32,000 bases of DNA from Kineococcus radiotolerans SRS30216 = ATCC BAA-149 (GTDB lineage: Bacteria; Actinomycetota; Actinomycetes; Actinomycetales; Kineococcaceae), in assembly GCF_000017305.1 (NCBI RefSeq), contig NC_009664.2:60001-92000 (forward strand), given 5' to 3'. Shown in pieces: positions 8,307 through 15,970 of the stretch. Every line of letters begins with the position of its first letter. Position 1 is the stretch's first letter. The translations under genes and the position numbers were made by a program. A model generated the notes under the pieces. The model saw only the letters and a list, made by a program, of their open reading frames with translations, did no database searches and was not told the origin of the DNA.

Positions 8307-8708
8307 TCAGCGCAGCGTGACGACGGAGGTGATGGCTTCGACGGCTCGGACGAGGTCACCGGTCACCAGCGTCCAGCGCCGCGACACGGCGGTCGCCGCG
8401 ATCATCAGGTCGTTCATCCGGTTCCGCGGCTTCTGCCCGGCGAGCAGGGCACCGCGGGCGATGCCGAGGAAGACGGAAGCGACGGCGCCGTCGATGGGCA
8501 GGGGCTTCCAGGTGCCGAGCACCTGCTGGAGCACCACGGGCCGCGCCAGGGAGGTCGGGGCGTCCACGGCTGAGGCGATGCCGTAGTCGAGCTCGACCTG
8601 GGTGATGACGCTGATGTGGACGATGGCGTCAGCGGGCAGGTTGGTCGTCGTCCCCGCGGGCAGGGCGAGCAGGTCGAGGACGGCCTTGGTGTCGAGCAGG
8701 TGGGTCAA
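8307..8708 (-). CDS. vapC: PIN-domain ribonuclease toxin, VapC family (type II TA)
   Basis: 133 aa. The N-terminal MTHLLDT, QVEL, NDLMIAATA and LVTGD supply the conserved acidic PIN residues. TTG start at 8708-8706 with GAGGA 3 nt upstream. A Phd/YefM-type gene lies upstream. Confidence 0.8.
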   Translation of the reverse strand: MTHLLDTKAVLDLLALPAGTTTNLPADAIVHISVITQVELDYGIASAVDAPTSLARPVVLQQVLGTWKPLPIDGAVASVFLGIARGALLAGQKPRNRMNDLMIAATAVSRRWTLVTGDLVRAVEAITSVVTLR

Positions 8709-8863
8709 CGGTCCTCGCGGTTCGTGTGGGCGGCGCTCTCACGAGCCCGCAGGGGCGGCCGCAGCACGGCCGGTGGCGATGTCGTGCTCTCCACCGGGTG
8801 GTGGGGTACCTGCTCGTCGCAGGGAGGAGCACCAAGCGGCGGTGCGTCCCCTCCTGCCGTGGC

Positions 8864-9196
8864 TCACACCCCGTCGGCCTGTTGGTCCAGGGCGGAGATG
8901 GCGTCCGACGACGAGCGCTGCTGCTCGTGGCGCTCGAACGGGTCCTCGGACTCCCAGTTCGCTGCCGCGAGGTCGGTCTTGAGGGACTCGACCTGGGACG
9001 GGTCGAGCATGCCGGCGAGGCCGACCACATCGGCCAGGGGGACGCCTTCGCGGGGCCCGGTCTCGCGGGGCGGGGGGACGATCTGAGCGACCACGCGACC
9101 GTGGTTGGTGATCGTGCAGCTCTCGCCGTTCTCCTCGACCACCTTGAGGATGCGGCCGTACTCGTTGCGCAGGTCACGCACCGGGATGGACTTCAC
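8864..9196 (-). CDS. Phd/YefM-family antitoxin
   Basis: MKSIPVRDLRNEYGRILKVVEENGESCTITNHGRVVAQIVP is a typical Phd/YefM N-terminal fold. GC3 is very high. GTG start at 9196 with AGAGG upstream. It is 155 bp upstream of vapC rather than overlapping it. Confidence 0.75.
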   Translation of the reverse strand: MKSIPVRDLRNEYGRILKVVEENGESCTITNHGRVVAQIVPPPRETGPREGVPLADVVGLAGMLDPSQVESLKTDLAAANWESEDPFERHEQQRSSSDAISALDQQADGV

Positions 9197-9204
9197 GGCC
9201 TCTA

Positions 9205-9224
9205 CCGCAGCGAGCTCGCTGCGG
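9205..9224. promoter_or_regulatory. perfect 20-bp palindrome immediately upstream of the antitoxin start (candidate TA operator)
   Basis: CCGCAGCGAGCTCGCTGCGG equals its own reverse complement. It ends 8 nt before the antitoxin GTG, directly abutting the AGAGG ribosome-binding site. Confidence 0.5.
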
Positions 9225-9245
9225 CATGCCCAGGGCGAGCCTCAC

Positions 9246-9545
9246 CTCGCAACCACCTCCTCCGCGGTGCAGATCGACCACGTCGTGGCCCTTTCCCAGG
9301 CGTGGCAGAGGGGCGCCGAGCAGTGGGACGAGGTGATCGGGTCGCCTTCGCCGACGAGGGCCTGGAACTGCCGACGTGGACAGGCCGCTGAACGGGCAGC
9401 AGGGCGACGGCGACCCCACCTGGCTGCGGCCGACCCGGGCGTACCGCTGCACCCACGTCGCCCGCCGGGTCGGGCTGAAGGCCACCTGGGGGGGGTTGGG
9501 GTGACCTCGGCGGAACGCACGCCATCCCGGGTGCTGGGCGTCGTG
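9246..9545 (+). pseudogene. DUF1524/HNH-type (GmrSD C-terminal-like) nuclease remnant, N-terminally truncated with at least 3 frameshifts
   Basis: Pieces in three plus frames: TTSSAVQIDHVVALSQAWQRGAEQWDE / DRVAFADEGLEL / LNGQQGDGDPTWLRPTRAYRCTHVARRVGLKATW / GVTSAERTPSRVLG. Joined together they follow the family pattern IDHVVAL..AW..GA..W....R.AFANDPLNL....N..KGD.D...WLP....YRC.YVA..V.VK..W.L.VT.AE...L (from memory). Confidence 0.55.
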
Positions 9546-9718
9546 CCCGGGCGAGGTCGAGGGGGCACGACCCCGAGTACGCCTTCCACCGCGACGGGGA
9601 CAGCGACGGCGCGGTCGGCGAGGAGGCACCTGTCGACGCGGGTGACGATCGGTTGCGGTGGCTCCTGGTGACCGGTCCGTGGCGAGGGCGCCGGTGCGGC
9701 AGGCGGTGCGGTTGCCGG

Positions 9719-11767
9719 TCACGTGGCCTCGACGAGCACCTCGAACAGGTCCAGCTCGGGCAGCTGCACGCGGCCCCGGCCGTCGGCGTCGGCTTCGGCG
9801 ACGAGCTCGACCCCCGCCACCAGTGCCCGCACCCGCTGCCCCGCCGGCCACCCCGCGTACGAGAGGAAGGACCCCCTCACCGGCAGGGGGGCGTGGAACG
9901 ACTGCCGGGTGGCTCCGCTGAGGTTGCGCAGGTGCAGCACCCGGCCGGCACGTGAGGCGCCGACGACGACTTCGACCTGCTCGGGAAGATCGGTGACGAT
10001 CTCCACATCCGCCGCCAGCAACCGCAGTGCCTCATCGGCCACGAGATCGCGCAGCCCTGACAAGCCGCTGGCGCGGTACGCCCGCCCGGGCGTCATGGCC
10101 AGAGTGGTGACTCGCTCGGAGCGCACGGCGGCGGGGGTGTCGAGCTCGAGGTGCCCGTAGCACTTCTCCGGCGGGCCGTAGGGAGCCCGGGAGAGAACCC
10201 GGTGCGCCGTGACCTCCGCGGTCTCGAGGGTGTGGAAGCTACCGAGGATCGGCACCGGAGAACCTTCCTCCGGCACCACGACCGACGACCAGGTCGCCTC
10301 CGGCCCGGTCAGCACGGCGGCGCGGCGCCCGATCCCCGCCGAGGGCAGCTGGGGATCGTCGAGGACGAAGCCCGTGGAGCCGGTCAGCAGCATCCGTCCC
10401 CCGGCGGCGGTGAAGCCCTCGAGGACGTCCGCGCTCGCGGGCGGGAGCGCGCCGAGGTCCCCCAGGACGAGGAGGCGGTAGCGCTTCAGCTGACCGGCGA
10501 GTTCGCAGAGGCGTTCCGCGGGCACCACGTCGAAGGGCACGTGGCGCTCCAGCAACGCCTCGTAGAGTCCGCGGAACTCCTCCCCCCGGTCGCTGTCGTC
10601 CTCGGGGACCGCGAGGGGATCCGGGCGGATCAGCGCGGTGCGGGCGGCGGGTACGAGGTGGTCGTAGACCTCGGCGTGGTCGCGGTGGAACCGGACGATG
10701 CGGGAGGCCGCGGGCAGGCTGGCGTAGTCCAGGCGGCCGGGGAAGCTCATGACGTAGGTGGAGGGGTTGGCCCCGCGCGCGATGGCCTGCAGGTGGTACT
10801 GCGCCAGGACGTGGGGTTCCTCGGCGACGAGGCGGTAGGGCATGTCGTAGAAGGCGACGGAGTTGACCAGGACGGGGACGTGCGGGCGGTAGGACTTCGC
10901 GGCCGACACGCTCTCGGAGGTCTGGTGGTGCCACATGGAGCGGCCGACGGCGTTGTTGGCCTCGTGGAAGACGATGTCCGCGGTGTGGCCCATGACCAGC
11001 GGCGCCTCGGGTCGGCGGGTGGCGATGGTGCGGCGTGCTCGGGCGAGCAGTCCGTCGATGACCGCGACCGACCATCGACGCCAGGTCGGGTACGCCGGCG
11101 ACTCGGGTCCGGTGGGCAGGCTCTGGCCGGGGTGGGCTGCGGTGAAGCCGCGTCGGCAGCCCAGGCACTGGCAGACGCCGCGGTAGCGCTTGGCGTAGTC
11201 GACCTCGCCGTAGCCCATCCAGTTGAAGAAGAACCCGTCCACGGGGGCGTGGTCGAGGACCTCCTCGAGCACGTGGACGAGGTGCTCCTGGTAGTAGGCG
11301 CCGGACGGGCAGACGCTGGTCAGCCCGTTCAGCTCCTGCCGTTGCCCGGCCGGGTCGAGGTAGAGCCAGTCCGGGTGCGCCTCGGCGATGGGGCGGGCCA
11401 CCTTGGAGAAGTCCATGCGCGCCATCACCCGGACCCCGCGTGCGTGCGCCGCACTCACCGCGTCACCGACGAGGTCGCCGGAGGGGCGCTGGGCCAGGAC
11501 GGGGTTCGGCGTCTGGAACGACAGCCGGGTGGGGTAGTTCGAGATGATCCCGCCGACGTTGAGCAGCCAGGCGTTGGCCCCGAACGCGACGATGTGGTCG
11601 AGCACGGCATCGACGTCGAGGTCGGCGTCGATCTCGCGCAGGTTGGTCTGGTACATCCGGAACGGGGCGTACCACCACAGGTCCGGGTCCCCGGCTGACG
11701 TGTCGGCGGGGATGGCGGCGGGCACGTCCGCGGGGATGGCAGCGGAAGCCTCGTCCAGGGCGGTCAT
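9719..11767 (-). CDS. cytoplasmic protein with GH42-like architecture (GHL6-type TIM barrel plus beta-galactosidase-trimerisation/GATase1-like domain), paralogue A
   Basis: 682 aa with no signal peptide. NVGGIISNYPTR, GVRVMARMDF, AHPDW, VCPSG, CQCLGC and VFHEANN..MW, then RYRLLVLGDLGALPPASADVLEGFTAAGGRMLLTG. The ATG overlaps the upstream gene's stop (ATGA at 11764-11767). Paralogous to 16860-19094. Confidence 0.7.
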   Translation of the reverse strand: MTALDEASAAIPADVPAAIPADTSAGDPDLWWYAPFRMYQTNLREIDADLDVDAVLDHIVAFGANAWLLNVGGIISNYPTRLSFQTPNPVLAQRPSGDLVGDAVSAAHARGVRVMARMDFSKVARPIAEAHPDWLYLDPAGQRQELNGLTSVCPSGAYYQEHLVHVLEEVLDHAPVDGFFFNWMGYGEVDYAKRYRGVCQCLGCRRGFTAAHPGQSLPTGPESPAYPTWRRWSVAVIDGLLARARRTIATRRPEAPLVMGHTADIVFHEANNAVGRSMWHHQTSESVSAAKSYRPHVPVLVNSVAFYDMPYRLVAEEPHVLAQYHLQAIARGANPSTYVMSFPGRLDYASLPAASRIVRFHRDHAEVYDHLVPAARTALIRPDPLAVPEDDSDRGEEFRGLYEALLERHVPFDVVPAERLCELAGQLKRYRLLVLGDLGALPPASADVLEGFTAAGGRMLLTGSTGFVLDDPQLPSAGIGRRAAVLTGPEATWSSVVVPEEGSPVPILGSFHTLETAEVTAHRVLSRAPYGPPEKCYGHLELDTPAAVRSERVTTLAMTPGRAYRASGLSGLRDLVADEALRLLAADVEIVTDLPEQVEVVVGASRAGRVLHLRNLSGATRQSFHAPLPVRGSFLSYAGWPAGQRVRALVAGVELVAEADADGRGRVQLPELDLFEVLVEAT

Positions 11768-12648
11768 CGAGCACTCCCGTTGAGGTCAGCGGCGAGCTCG
11801 GCGAGGGCGGAGTGGTCCAGGTCGCCGCCACCGCGCGCCTTCACCGCTGCGATCATGGTGGCCACGACGGAGGTGACGGGCAGGGCGAGGCCGGCGTGAC
11901 GGGCGGCGGTCTCGACGATGCCCATGTCCTTGTCGTGCAGCGCGATGCGGAACCCCGGCTGGTAGTGCTGCTCGAGCAGGGCCCGGCGCTTGCGGGTCAG
12001 GGCCGTGCTGCCGGCGAGTCCGCCGCCCAGGACGTCCAGTGCGGCGGGGAGGTCCTGCTCGCCGAGGTGGGCGCGCAGGAACACCAGGGCTTCGGCGAGG
12101 ACCTGGAGGTTGCCGGCGACGACGAGCTGGTTGGCGGCCTTGACGACCTGGCCGGCTCCGGGCCCTCCGACGTGCACGATGGTCGACCCGACCGCGTCGA
12201 GGACGGGGCGGACATGGGCGAGGGTCTGCGGGTCGCCGCCCACCATCACCGCCAGGGTTCCTTCCACCGCGCCCGCTTCGCCTCCGCTGACGGGGGCGTC
12301 CAGACAGCGCACGCCGGCCGTGGTCGCGGCCGCGTGCACCTCGCGGGCCTCGTCGGGGCTGATGGTGGAGTGGTCCAGCAGCACCGCGCCCGGGGGCATC
12401 GACGGCAGGACTCCGTCGTCACCGGTGGTGACGGCGAGCACGTCGGGACCGGCGGGCAGCATCGTCACCACCACTTCGGCGTCCTCGCAGGCCGCGGCGA
12501 CGCTGTCGGTGACCTCAGCGCCGGTGCTGCGGGCCCGCTCCCGGGAGGCGTCGGAGCGGCCGTAGCAGCGGACGTCGTGGCCTGCGGCGACGAGGTTGGC
12601 GGTCATGGGCCGCCCCATGATCCCTGGTCCGATGAAACCCACGCGCAT
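11764..12648 (-). CDS. beta-hydroxyacid dehydrogenase (HIBADH) family: 2-hydroxy-3-oxopropionate (tartronate semialdehyde) reductase-like
   Basis: MRVGFIGPGIMGRPMTANL Rossmann start, DAPVSGG, catalytic-Lys motif VKAANQ, and F.IAL.DKDMGI. 294 aa, typical GarR/GlxR/MmsB length. Confidence 0.8.
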   Translation of the reverse strand: MRVGFIGPGIMGRPMTANLVAAGHDVRCYGRSDASRERARSTGAEVTDSVAAACEDAEVVVTMLPAGPDVLAVTTGDDGVLPSMPPGAVLLDHSTISPDEAREVHAAATTAGVRCLDAPVSGGEAGAVEGTLAVMVGGDPQTLAHVRPVLDAVGSTIVHVGGPGAGQVVKAANQLVVAGNLQVLAEALVFLRAHLGEQDLPAALDVLGGGLAGSTALTRKRRALLEQHYQPGFRIALHDKDMGIVETAARHAGLALPVTSVVATMIAAVKARGGGDLDHSALAELAADLNGSAR

Positions 12649-12807
12649 GCCGTACTCCTTCGTCGGTCGGTGAGGACCACGCGCCCGTCGTGGGGTGCGT
12701 GGTGCTGCGTCGTGCGGCAGCGGCCGCTGCGGGCCGGTGGTTCGACCCGGCGGGATGCCCGGAGCGCCCGGTCAGCTCCGTCAGGTGGTGTGGGGTGTCA
12801 GGTGGTG

Positions 12808-13572
12808 TCAGGCCGTGGCGCGGGTGACGTCGTCGGCGGGACGACCGGTGACGTCTCCGGCCGTGTCGTGCGCCGTGTCTCCGGTCCTGTCGTCGGTGGC
12901 GCGCTGCCCCATCCGGACCAGGCGCGCCTGCACGCGCGCCTCGGCCCGCTCCAGGTGCGTCTGCAGGGCCGCGACCGCTCCCTCGACGTCGCCGGCGGTG
13001 ACGGCGTGGAGGACGGCTTCGTGCTCATCACCCACGCTGCTGCGCCCGGGAACGACGTGGGCCTGTGACTGGCCCATCGTCAGATGCACCTCGCCCATGA
13101 TCAGTGCGTGCATGCGAGCGAGGCGCTCGCTGCCCGTCCCGTCGACGAGCGCGGCGTGGAAGTCCATGTCGGCGGCGGCCTGGCGGGCGAAGTCCCCGGC
13201 CTCGACGGCCAGGACGACACGTTCCTGGGCTTCGAGAGCCGGGGCCGGCACCTGCTGCAGCCCGGCGAGGCGGCGTACCGCTGCCCCTTCCACGGCGGAG
13301 CGGGCGAAGTACAGGTCGGAGAGCTCGGTGCTGCCGAGCTCGGTGACCACGGCGGACTTGTGGGCGGAGCGGCGGACCAGACCGGAGCTGGTGAGTCGCT
13401 CCAGGCAGGCCTTGGCGGTGGTGCGGGCGACCCCGTACTCGCTGGAGACGCGCGCTTCGGTGAGCTTCTCGCCCCCGGCCAGCTCACCGGTGACGATGCG
13501 CTGCCGTACGGCCTCGAAGAGGGCGTCGACCACCGATGAGGGAGCGAGCACGAACCGCGGCGCCACGGACAT
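12808..13572 (-). CDS. GntR-family regulator, FadR subfamily (FCD effector domain)
   Basis: VRQRIVTGELAGGEKLTEARVSSEYGVARTTAKACLERLTSSGLVRR is a winged HTH, followed by an all-helical FCD-like domain with His residues (FH..., HLTM, EHEAVLHAV). The ATG at 13572 lies 6 nt after a TAGCAT -10 element, suggesting a leaderless mRNA. Confidence 0.85.
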   Translation of the reverse strand: MSVAPRFVLAPSSVVDALFEAVRQRIVTGELAGGEKLTEARVSSEYGVARTTAKACLERLTSSGLVRRSAHKSAVVTELGSTELSDLYFARSAVEGAAVRRLAGLQQVPAPALEAQERVVLAVEAGDFARQAAADMDFHAALVDGTGSERLARMHALIMGEVHLTMGQSQAHVVPGRSSVGDEHEAVLHAVTAGDVEGAVAALQTHLERAEARVQARLVRMGQRATDDRTGDTAHDTAGDVTGRPADDVTRATA

Positions 13573-13578
13573 AGGAGG

Positions 13579-13606
13579 ATGCTAGCGCAGCAATCTTGTC
13601 TGACAA
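13579..13606 (-). promoter_or_regulatory. candidate promoter of the GntR gene (leaderless), overlapped by the operator
   Basis: On the minus strand: TTGTCA (13606-13601), 16-nt spacer, TAGCAT (13584-13579), then 6 nt to the ATG at 13572. Confidence 0.45.
13596..13606. promoter_or_regulatory. FadR-subfamily GntR operator candidate
   Basis: TTGTCTGACAA is an inverted repeat (TTGTC-N-GACAA) and matches the FadR-type consensus TNGTNNNACNA at every specified position. It sits between the divergent regulator and transporter genes, in the only AT-richer stretch of the locus. Confidence 0.55.
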
Positions 13607-13612
13607 TCAGTC

Positions 13613-13641
13613 TTGACCGACAAAAATTCTGGACCTACGGT
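13613..13641 (+). promoter_or_regulatory. candidate sigma-70-type promoter of the ABC-transporter/GH operon
   Basis: TTGACC (13613-13618), 17-nt spacer, TACGGT (13636-13641). It lies ~68 nt upstream of the ATG at 13709 and 6 nt downstream of the operator candidate. Confidence 0.5.
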
Positions 13642-13708
13642 CAGACGACGTACTCGCGCTGCGCCACCCCTCAGCACCACATCGACGGAGATGTCAGGGA
13701 GAGCCACC

Positions 13709-15007
13709 ATGAACCGACGTACCTTCAACCGTCTCCTGGGAGCAGGAGCCGTCACCGCGGCCGCGACGGCCACCACCGCCTGCGGCGGCAGCTCCAGCGG
13801 CTCTTCCGACGGCGCCGTCCGCTACGCGTGGTGGGGCGACGCCGTCCGCCAGAAGAACTACGAGGCCGCTCTGGCCGTCTTCTCCAAGGAGAACCCCGAC
13901 GTCACCGTCCGCCCGGAGTTCGCCGACTACACCGCCTTCCAGGAACGCATCACCGTCCAGATGGCCGGGCGCAACGTCCCCGAGCTCTTCTGGATCCCCT
14001 CCCCCCAGGTCCTCACCTACGAGGCTGCCGGCCTGTACCGCACCCTCGACGACCTCGAGGACTTCGACCTGTCCGACTACCCCCCCGAACTCCTCGAGAC
14101 CTTCAAGCTCGGCGGCCAGCTCAACACCATGCCCCGGTCGGTCTTCACCCCCTGCGTGCGCTGGAACCAGACCTTCCTGGAGGAAGCCGGCGCGGAGCTG
14201 CCCGCCTACGACGAAGCGAGCTGGACGTGGGACGCCCTGGCGGAGTTCCTCATCGACTACTCCGCCGACAACCCCCAAGGCCGCAAGGGCGCCGCCTACT
14301 GCGCCAACGGCGACATGGTCTTCGAGTCCTGGGTCCGCCAGCACGGGGGCGACCTGTGGACCGAGGAGGGAACCCTCGGCTTTGAACCGGAGGTGCTGGA
14401 GGGCTGGTTCGCCTGGTGGGAGAACCTGCGCGCCAAGGGGGCGACCCTGGAGCTCTCCGAGCAGGAAGGGGCGGACGGGGAGTGGTCCCTCATCGGGGAG
14501 AAAGCCCTGCTGACCCTGCAGAACTCCAACCACATCGTCGACGAGGCGCAGCAGTTCCCCGACTACGACTTCCAGCAGCGGATGACCCCGGCCAACGCCG
14601 ACGCCACCCCCGGCTTCCGCTTCGGCTACCTCAGCCGCATCGCCATGTACGCGCGCACCGCCGAGGGCTCCCTCCCCGGTGCCGCCAAGCTGCTGAACTT
14701 CAACCTCAACGACGCCCGCATGGTCTCCCAGACCGGACTCACCGTCGGCGCACCGGCGAATCCCCGCATCCTCGCCGAGATCCGCCCCGACGCCACACCC
14801 GACGAGATCAAGCTCCTCGACCTCGTCGACGAGGAGATGAAGCTGGAACAGCGCCCCCGCTACGAGGCTCCCCCGGGATCGGGTACCTGGCGCGATGTCA
14901 TGGCCCGCACCATCGAAGCCGTCACCCTGGGCAGCACCAGCATCCCCGACGCGTCGGCGGCCTTCATCAGTGAGGTCAGCCGCGAGATCGACGCAGCGAA
15001 GAAGTGA
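13709..15007 (+). CDS. CUT1-type ABC transporter extracellular solute-binding lipoprotein (Tat-type signal)
   Basis: MNRRTFNRLLGAGAVTAAATATTACGG has a twin-arginine motif plus a lipobox Cys. The remainder has family-1 sugar SBP character. GGGAGAG lies upstream of the ATG. Confidence 0.85.
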   Translation: MNRRTFNRLLGAGAVTAAATATTACGGSSSGSSDGAVRYAWWGDAVRQKNYEAALAVFSKENPDVTVRPEFADYTAFQERITVQMAGRNVPELFWIPSPQVLTYEAAGLYRTLDDLEDFDLSDYPPELLETFKLGGQLNTMPRSVFTPCVRWNQTFLEEAGAELPAYDEASWTWDALAEFLIDYSADNPQGRKGAAYCANGDMVFESWVRQHGGDLWTEEGTLGFEPEVLEGWFAWWENLRAKGATLELSEQEGADGEWSLIGEKALLTLQNSNHIVDEAQQFPDYDFQQRMTPANADATPGFRFGYLSRIAMYARTAEGSLPGAAKLLNFNLNDARMVSQTGLTVGAPANPRILAEIRPDATPDEIKLLDLVDEEMKLEQRPRYEAPPGSGTWRDVMARTIEAVTLGSTSIPDASAAFISEVSREIDAAKK

Positions 15008-15960
15008 GTGCCCCCACCGCGCCGCCTGGACCGGCGCTCTCCAGCAGCACGCCACCGCCGGCGGCGATCCGGGGCACCGCCGAGTGGCGGCGCCAGGGTC
15101 GCGCCGCGCACGTCTTCCTCATCCCCTGGCTACTGGGCCTGGTCCTCATCACCGCCGTCCCGCTGCTGGCGTCGCTCTACCTGGCCTTCACCGACTACGA
15201 CCTGCTCAACGCCCCCACCTGGACCGGCCTGGAGAACTTCCGCCGGATGGGCGAGGACCCGCGCTTCTGGGCCTCGACGTGGGTGACCCTGAAGTACGTC
15301 GTGGTCTCCGTCCCCCTGCAGCTGGCCTTCGCCCTGGCCCTGGCCGTCGTCCTCGACAAGGGCATCAAGGGTCTGGCCCTGTACCGCAGCGTCTACTACC
15401 TCCCCTCCCTGCTGGGCACCTCCGTCGCCGTCGCGATCCTGTGGCGCCAGCTCTTCGGGCACGACGGGCTCATCAACGCCGGCCTCGCGCTGCTGGGCGT
15501 CGAAGGCCAGAGCTGGCTGCAGAACCCGGCCACGGCCCTGTCGACCATCGTGGTCCTCAACGTGTGGACCTTCGGCTCACCCATGATCATCTTCCTGGCC
15601 GGCCTGCGCCAGATCCCCGAGGAGCTCTACGAAGCGGCCCGCGTGGACGGTGCCGGGCGGTGGCGGCAGTTCGTCTCCATCACCGCACCGATGCTGACGC
15701 CCATCATCTTCTTCAACCTGGTCCTGCAGACCATCGGCGCCTTCCAGAGCTTCACCCAGGCCCACGTCATCTCCGGTGGCCGCGGCGGTCCGCTGGACTC
15801 CACGCTGTTCTACACGCTGTACCTCTACCAGCAGGGCTTCGTGAACTTCAACATGGGCTACGCCTCGGCGATGGCGTGGGTGCTTCTCCTCGTCATCGGC
15901 GTCGTGACCGCGCTGCACTTCCTGCTGTCGAAGTACTGGGTCTTCTACGGGGACAACTGA
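15004..15960 (+). CDS. carbohydrate ABC transporter permease (MalF-like)
   Basis: Six hydrophobic segments and an EAA loop (EELYEAARVDGAGRWRQFVSITAPML). The GTG overlaps the SBP stop (GTGA). Confidence 0.85.
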   Translation: MSAPTAPPGPALSSSTPPPAAIRGTAEWRRQGRAAHVFLIPWLLGLVLITAVPLLASLYLAFTDYDLLNAPTWTGLENFRRMGEDPRFWASTWVTLKYVVVSVPLQLAFALALAVVLDKGIKGLALYRSVYYLPSLLGTSVAVAILWRQLFGHDGLINAGLALLGVEGQSWLQNPATALSTIVVLNVWTFGSPMIIFLAGLRQIPEELYEAARVDGAGRWRQFVSITAPMLTPIIFFNLVLQTIGAFQSFTQAHVISGGRGGPLDSTLFYTLYLYQQGFVNFNMGYASAMAWVLLLVIGVVTALHFLLSKYWVFYGDN

Positions 15961-15970
15961 GGAGCGCGAC

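Noticed and set aside
11702-11746. In-frame duplication AAIPADVPAAIPAD at the N-terminus of GH42-like paralogue A
   Set aside because: This is a short low-complexity tail before the conserved domain. It is most likely slippage with no functional implication, though the true start could lie downstream of it.
602-15055. Numerous other long alternative-frame or antisense ORFs in the track (for example 602-1600, 1282-2103, 1740-3056, 3182-4606, 10151-11698, 11812-13068, 12695-13585, 13694-15055; likewise 28656-29906 and 30393-31595 further right)
   Set aside because: Each overlaps a gene with clear family signatures. Their translations are dominated by R/P/G/A runs typical of non-coding frames in >70% GC DNA.
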